Position numbers and translations under genes: made by a program | Shown here: positions 59,601-64,000 of the stretch, piece after piece | How positions within the stretch are numbered: the first letter of the stretch is position 1 | Layout: every line of letters begins with the position of its first letter | Assembly: GCA_004431415.1 (NCBI GenBank) | Contig: QPMI01000029.1 | Span: 248,001-312,000, forward strand | Length of the DNA stretch: 64,000 nt | Origin: Cyanophora paradoxa CCMP329 | Taxonomy: Eukaryota; Plantae; Glaucophyta | Direction: 5' to 3' | The notes under the pieces: generated by a model | What the model was told of the DNA's origin: nothing | Database searches by the model: none | What the model saw: only the letters and a program-made list of their open reading frames with translations

Positions 59601-60134
59601 AGTGAGCGCCGCGCGCGCGCGATATATATATATCTATAGCTATAGCAACACACGCCACGGTCAGCTAAGAGCGCGCGTCGATTGGACTGATTATTGCAAG
59701 GGGGGAAGGGGCCCCCTTGCTACCCGTTCCCTTGCTTCAGCCAAAATTCTTCTATGAGGCCGTTTTCGAGGTCCAGTTTGCAACGCAGGAAAAAAATGAG
59801 TGGAAATTCGCTTGCAGCGACACGTGTTTGTCGCTGCGGCCGTCCATGCAAAAAGAGGTTTTTGAGGGCGAAGACCAGTTTTCCTCGACTTGACGCTTGG
59901 AAACCAACTTGGCAACTTCTCTCTCATTCCGGTCTTCGAATTCCTTGCGCATGCGCGATTCTGCATGGAACCAGTTCTCCCTATAGCTAGCTGTCTCCTC
60001 TAGATTTCGGCTAGCTCGTTGCGCGGTTCTAGATCTGCATGGACTCGTTGGAGTTCTCCCTAGCTGTCTGATCTCACACCTTCCTCTTCCTCGCACTGCG
60101 ATTGGCCCCCGCCACCTTCCTCACACCTCCCATC

Positions 60135-60317
60135 TAGATTTCCACTTCCTCGCACTGCGCCGCGTACGCCGCACGGAACCACTTCTCCCTAGCTGTCTTG
60201 CTCGTTCTCCTCTAGATTTCCGCCGCGTACGCCGCACGGAACCACTTCTCCCCAGCTGTCTTGCTCGATCTCCTCTAGATTTCAACTTCCTCGCAGTGCG
60301 CCGCGTACGCCGCACGG
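60135..60317. repeat. Three-copy tandem repeat (~60-80 bp unit)
   Basis: CGCCGCGTACGCCGCACGG x3 with a shared CTAGATTT / AACCACTTCTCCC.AGCTGTCTTGCTCG context. Confidence 0.8.
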
Positions 60318-60798
60318 TACCCGCTTTTCAGTGCATCAAGCTTGCCAGTTGCACCGCAGCACGTGCACGTGTATCGACGCCCGCGCAGCCCCGGGCCCGT
60401 GAGCCGGAGTGTCCCGTACCGCGTAGCTTTTCCTCGCGATCCAGCCTCTGCTCGCAGCCGCACCGCTAGCGCTGCGCCGACGTCGTTGGCGCCCCGGCGG
60501 CTGTCCCTTCGCGCCGGGCGGTCCGGACCCTCGAGTGTCGCCTCGGCTCCGGGGGATCCGCGCGTAACCGCCTCGGGCCTCCGCCAATCTTGCAAGCTGA
60601 CCAGCTCTTGCGAGCGCATCAGCGGCAAACCGAGCGCTCGAATTGCGAATAACAAAGAGGGGCGCGTGGGCAGCTGCAGCGCGTGAACAGCGAGCAAGCG
60701 AGATCATTGCGTGTGCGAGAATTCGGGGCGTTAACTGAGCTTCGGAACTGAGCTTAAGCAAAAGAAAGCGCCTCAGCAACGAACAAGAGAAAGCTAAC

Positions 60799-61074
60799 AT
60801 GCGACTAGGGCGCAAACCTGGTGCAGATCTAGAGCTGCCTGAAGGCATCGTTGAAGGCGTGAGCATACAGTTAGAGCGTTGCGGCACTGGGGCTTGCAAC
60901 GGCGGGCTTTGCCGGCTTTGCCCAGCCGCGGCACGCAATCATTTCTGTAGGCGCGAAAATCTCTACCGGCACGTCCGCAGTCATCAAAGCGGATTACGGG
61001 TGCGGCGTCCCAAGCAATGGGCCGGGGCAAAACGGTTTCTCATAAAGCGGCTTGCAGGGTCGTCCTCAACTTGA
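60799..61074 (+). other. Short ORF with a C2H2-type zinc-finger-like motif (gene or TE remnant)
   Basis: CRLC...FCRRENLYRHVRSH. Confidence 0.4.
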
Positions 61075-62996
61075 ACCAAACGTCTCCATTGGCGGGGTTC
61101 CTGGCTCTCGATTCTATTCTCAGGTGCATTATTGCTGGCCTTTCATTGAGGCTTTGATCGCAGCATCTGCTTAATGGGCCTTTTCTATTTTTTTCAAACA
61201 CATATACTCTGTGTGTACCTTTACACTTCAACCTGCCGCGCGCGCTGGGCCGGAGTCGATCTAGATATGCCCCAAGCATGTCCGTCCCACTACGACTCTT
61301 TCATTAGATCCAGATTCCCCCCTTGCACCCCCGGCGCGCCAAAACGCGGCCGGGCCACTAGTATGTAAATTAAAGCAAATATCGAGCTCACGATGATGAT
61401 CATGATCAACGCATTAATATTCGACATGCATATCATGCGCACCCGGAGATGGAGGGGACGCGCGGCGCTGGCGGCGGCTCCGGCGCCACTTGGCCGGGCT
61501 CGGCATCGGTATCCGAGCGAGCAGAAGTCGCCCGCGACGATACCGATCGGTCCGTGCGCCCGCCGGCCGCGGGTCTGGACCCCAGCGATCCTGAGCGCCG
61601 GCGTCCCGCCTGCAGCTGGCCAGCCCTGGCCACCGCGCGCGGGCGAAGCCTCTGTTGAAGTGGAAGCGCGCGTTTGGCCTGCGCATGCGGGGGCTGCCCC
61701 GCTCGAGCTCGCGGTCACGAGCGAGGACCTCCGCGCGTGGATCTTCATGCCAAAGCTTCGCAGCTAAGCTTTGCACTGTGCCACGGTGTGCAGCTCAACG
61801 CCGCGCCTGCAGTTCTATTTCCGCTCTCAGCTTGCGCCTGAGCTGCTGCCTCCTCGATTAGGGCTGATCAGCGCGCGGCTAGCTTCAAGGCTTAAGTCGC
61901 TCGAGTTCTTAGTCGCCCCGCGCGCGCGCGCGACACGCGCACTGCGCATGCGGCACGCGTCACGGCGTGCGCTGCGGTGCTCATGCACAGCTACGCTGCG
62001 AACTTTTCGGAAGCGCATGCGCATCATGATCATGATTATCGCTGCGCCGCCGTATGCCGCACTGCGGAACTTCGGAACTTCGGAAGTCTCCCGCCGAGTC
62101 TGCGACTCTAGATCTGCGGCGATTCTGCGCATGCTGCCGCGCGCCGCGCGCGGGCGGCGCGCGCGGAGCGGCGCGGCGCGGCGCGCGCGATATCGAAATC
62201 GATGGGTAGGATATATTACTAATTGAATCTATCGATATCAATTTATCGGTCCGATCCGGGCCGGATTCCGCGGCCGGATCAGTTGAACTTTTTCAACTTC
62301 CGAAAAGCTTAAGTACTAGTTCAGAATTTCGGAACGTCACCTCTAACGGCTGCCGCCGTTTCGATCCCTCCAAGACCTCCCTCGAGCTCCAAGTCAGCAA
62401 CTTCTGCAAAAACAGTCACGGGGGTACGAGGGTGTGGTGCCAACAGCCGGGCACGTGTCACGTGTGCTCTTTCAAGTTTGTTGGACTTTAGTCAGCCTGC
62501 AAGGCCCTGCGCATGCATGCGCGCGCAGCTGCAGCCTGCAGCTGCAGCTAGCTGGAATTTAATTCGGCGGGCTCGGGGGATCCGGATTCCGGAGTCCGGA
62601 CCTTCGATATGCTCCGAGGGCTCGATCGCGATATCCCGGCCCCGGGCCAGCCTTAAACTAACGGGTGCAGCGCGCGAGGCTCTAACCTGATTCAGCGACG
62701 ATGCAACATGCCAAGTGATCATTATCTAGATCTATACCAGCCGCGCGCGCGGGGAGGGCTCCGGGTCCCGGGGCCCGGCCGGGCCGCGCGCAGGGCACTG
62801 CGCATGCGGCAGTCCCGCCGGCGCCGCGGAGGCCCGGCCCGGCCCGGGACGGCGGGACCAGCCTGGCAAGCGTACAATTAAGCTTGCCGCATCGCCAGAC
62901 TAGTGCTAGTGCCAACAAAGTTGAACAAACAGGCCGTTCCAACGTGCCGGGCAGGGGCCGGCCGGGACGGCCGCAGGCCCCCAGGCCGAGCTCTGA

Positions 62997-64000
62997 CTAC
63001 GACTGGAGGAGGGGCCGCTGCTCCATGAAGGAGAGGATCGCCTCCGCCGTCTCCCGGGGCTTCTCCTGCGCATCAAATAAGGTGAGACTAAGAAGATTTA
63101 GAGACTAAGAAGATCTAGATCTAGAACGAGAGGATTAGGTTAGATTACGTCAAGATAGGCACAAGTAGGTTAGATTAGGTCAGAAAGATCTAGAATGACC
63201 GGGGCGCGGCCGGGCGGGGCGGGGGCGGCCGGGCAGCGCGGACGAACCAGGTGCGGCACGTGCCCCGAGCCCGAGATGATCTGCCCCGGCCGCTTGCATG
63301 AGAGATCGGCTCAGGATGAAAATGATCGACTTTAGAAAACGCTCAAGGGAGCGCGAGGCGCCGCGGCGGTCGAGGCTTAAACCCTCCGCTCAAATTAGCG
63401 AAAGGGATCAGCTTTAAACTTAAAGTAGCAGCCTGTTATGAACTTGCGGCTATCAGCCTAGCTTGATTGTAACATTACAATAATTAGGCTTAGGCTTATA
63501 ATCAACCTGAAGACATTATAATTATCAGCTTGAAAGAAGAAGAATTAGGGGACCGTGAGGCGGGAGCGGGGGATGTCCTCCGAGAAGCGCTGCGCGTTGG
63601 AGGGGGGTACGATCTGGTCCGCCTCCCCCCAGAGCACCAGCTGCCGCAGAGGGGTACCGGTCAGTCAGCGGGTACCGGGTACGGGAAATCAGCGAGTCAG
63701 CGAGCCGTGATCAGTGAGTCTCGGCCGCTGGGCTTCCGTTTCTTCTGGAGGGGGGGGGTACACGTAGGCACCGCACCGTTTCCTGCTGGACCTCGGGGAT
63801 GCGGTCCCGTACCCGGAAGCCGCCGCTCTGCCGCGGTCGTGAGGACAGGGGGGGGAAGGGCGGGAGCAGGGGTACGAGGCCGAGGACACACCTTCATGAA
63901 ATCAATGTTGGCCTCGACCCACTTCGGGAGCCGCGTGTCTGAATTCGACCGAAATCAGATTCAGCTCAGGTCGAGGGGGGTACCGGTCGGTCGGGCAGGG
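62997..64000 (-). CDS. 3' part of an alpha/beta hydrolase (continues beyond the window)
   Basis: WVEANIDFMK, SGGFRVRDRIPEV, LVLWGEADQIVPPSNAQRF, GSGHVPHL, EKPRETAEAILSF. Confidence 0.85.

Overview
GC-rich, intron-dense eukaryotic (protist/alga-like) genomic DNA. The ORF track is mostly noise for host genes because they are split into many short exons. The main feature is an AT-rich endogenous Polinton-like virus at ~5661-19225 (~11.5 kb once its nested insert is removed). It has ~250-bp TIRs containing an iteron-like 14-mer array and a probable 6-bp TSD. It encodes an A32-type packaging ATPase, a double-jelly-roll major capsid protein with NCLDV-like motifs, a penton, a protein-primed PolB, an rve integrase with an apparent DDD triad, a tandem DUF5710-like protein and three orphans; I see no maturation protease gene. 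A young non-autonomous LTR retroelement (5847-7922; identical 201-bp LTRs; TATCT TSD) sits inside the left TIR. The virus appears to have landed in the last exon of a Pro-rich surface-protein gene. Host genes: RNase HII plus an inverted truncated duplicate, an F-box protein, a large protein with an alpha/beta-hydrolase-like C-terminus, pyruvate carboxylase (~35 introns, ~7 GC-AG), a multi-pass membrane protein, an R2R3-MYB, an ABCB-type transporter and the 3' end of an alpha/beta hydrolase. There are also several MITEs. Two host-genome patterns stand out: intronic duplications anchored on exon-donor junctions, and accumulation of short palindromic words in neutral DNA. All calls come from reading motifs by eye; no searches were run.
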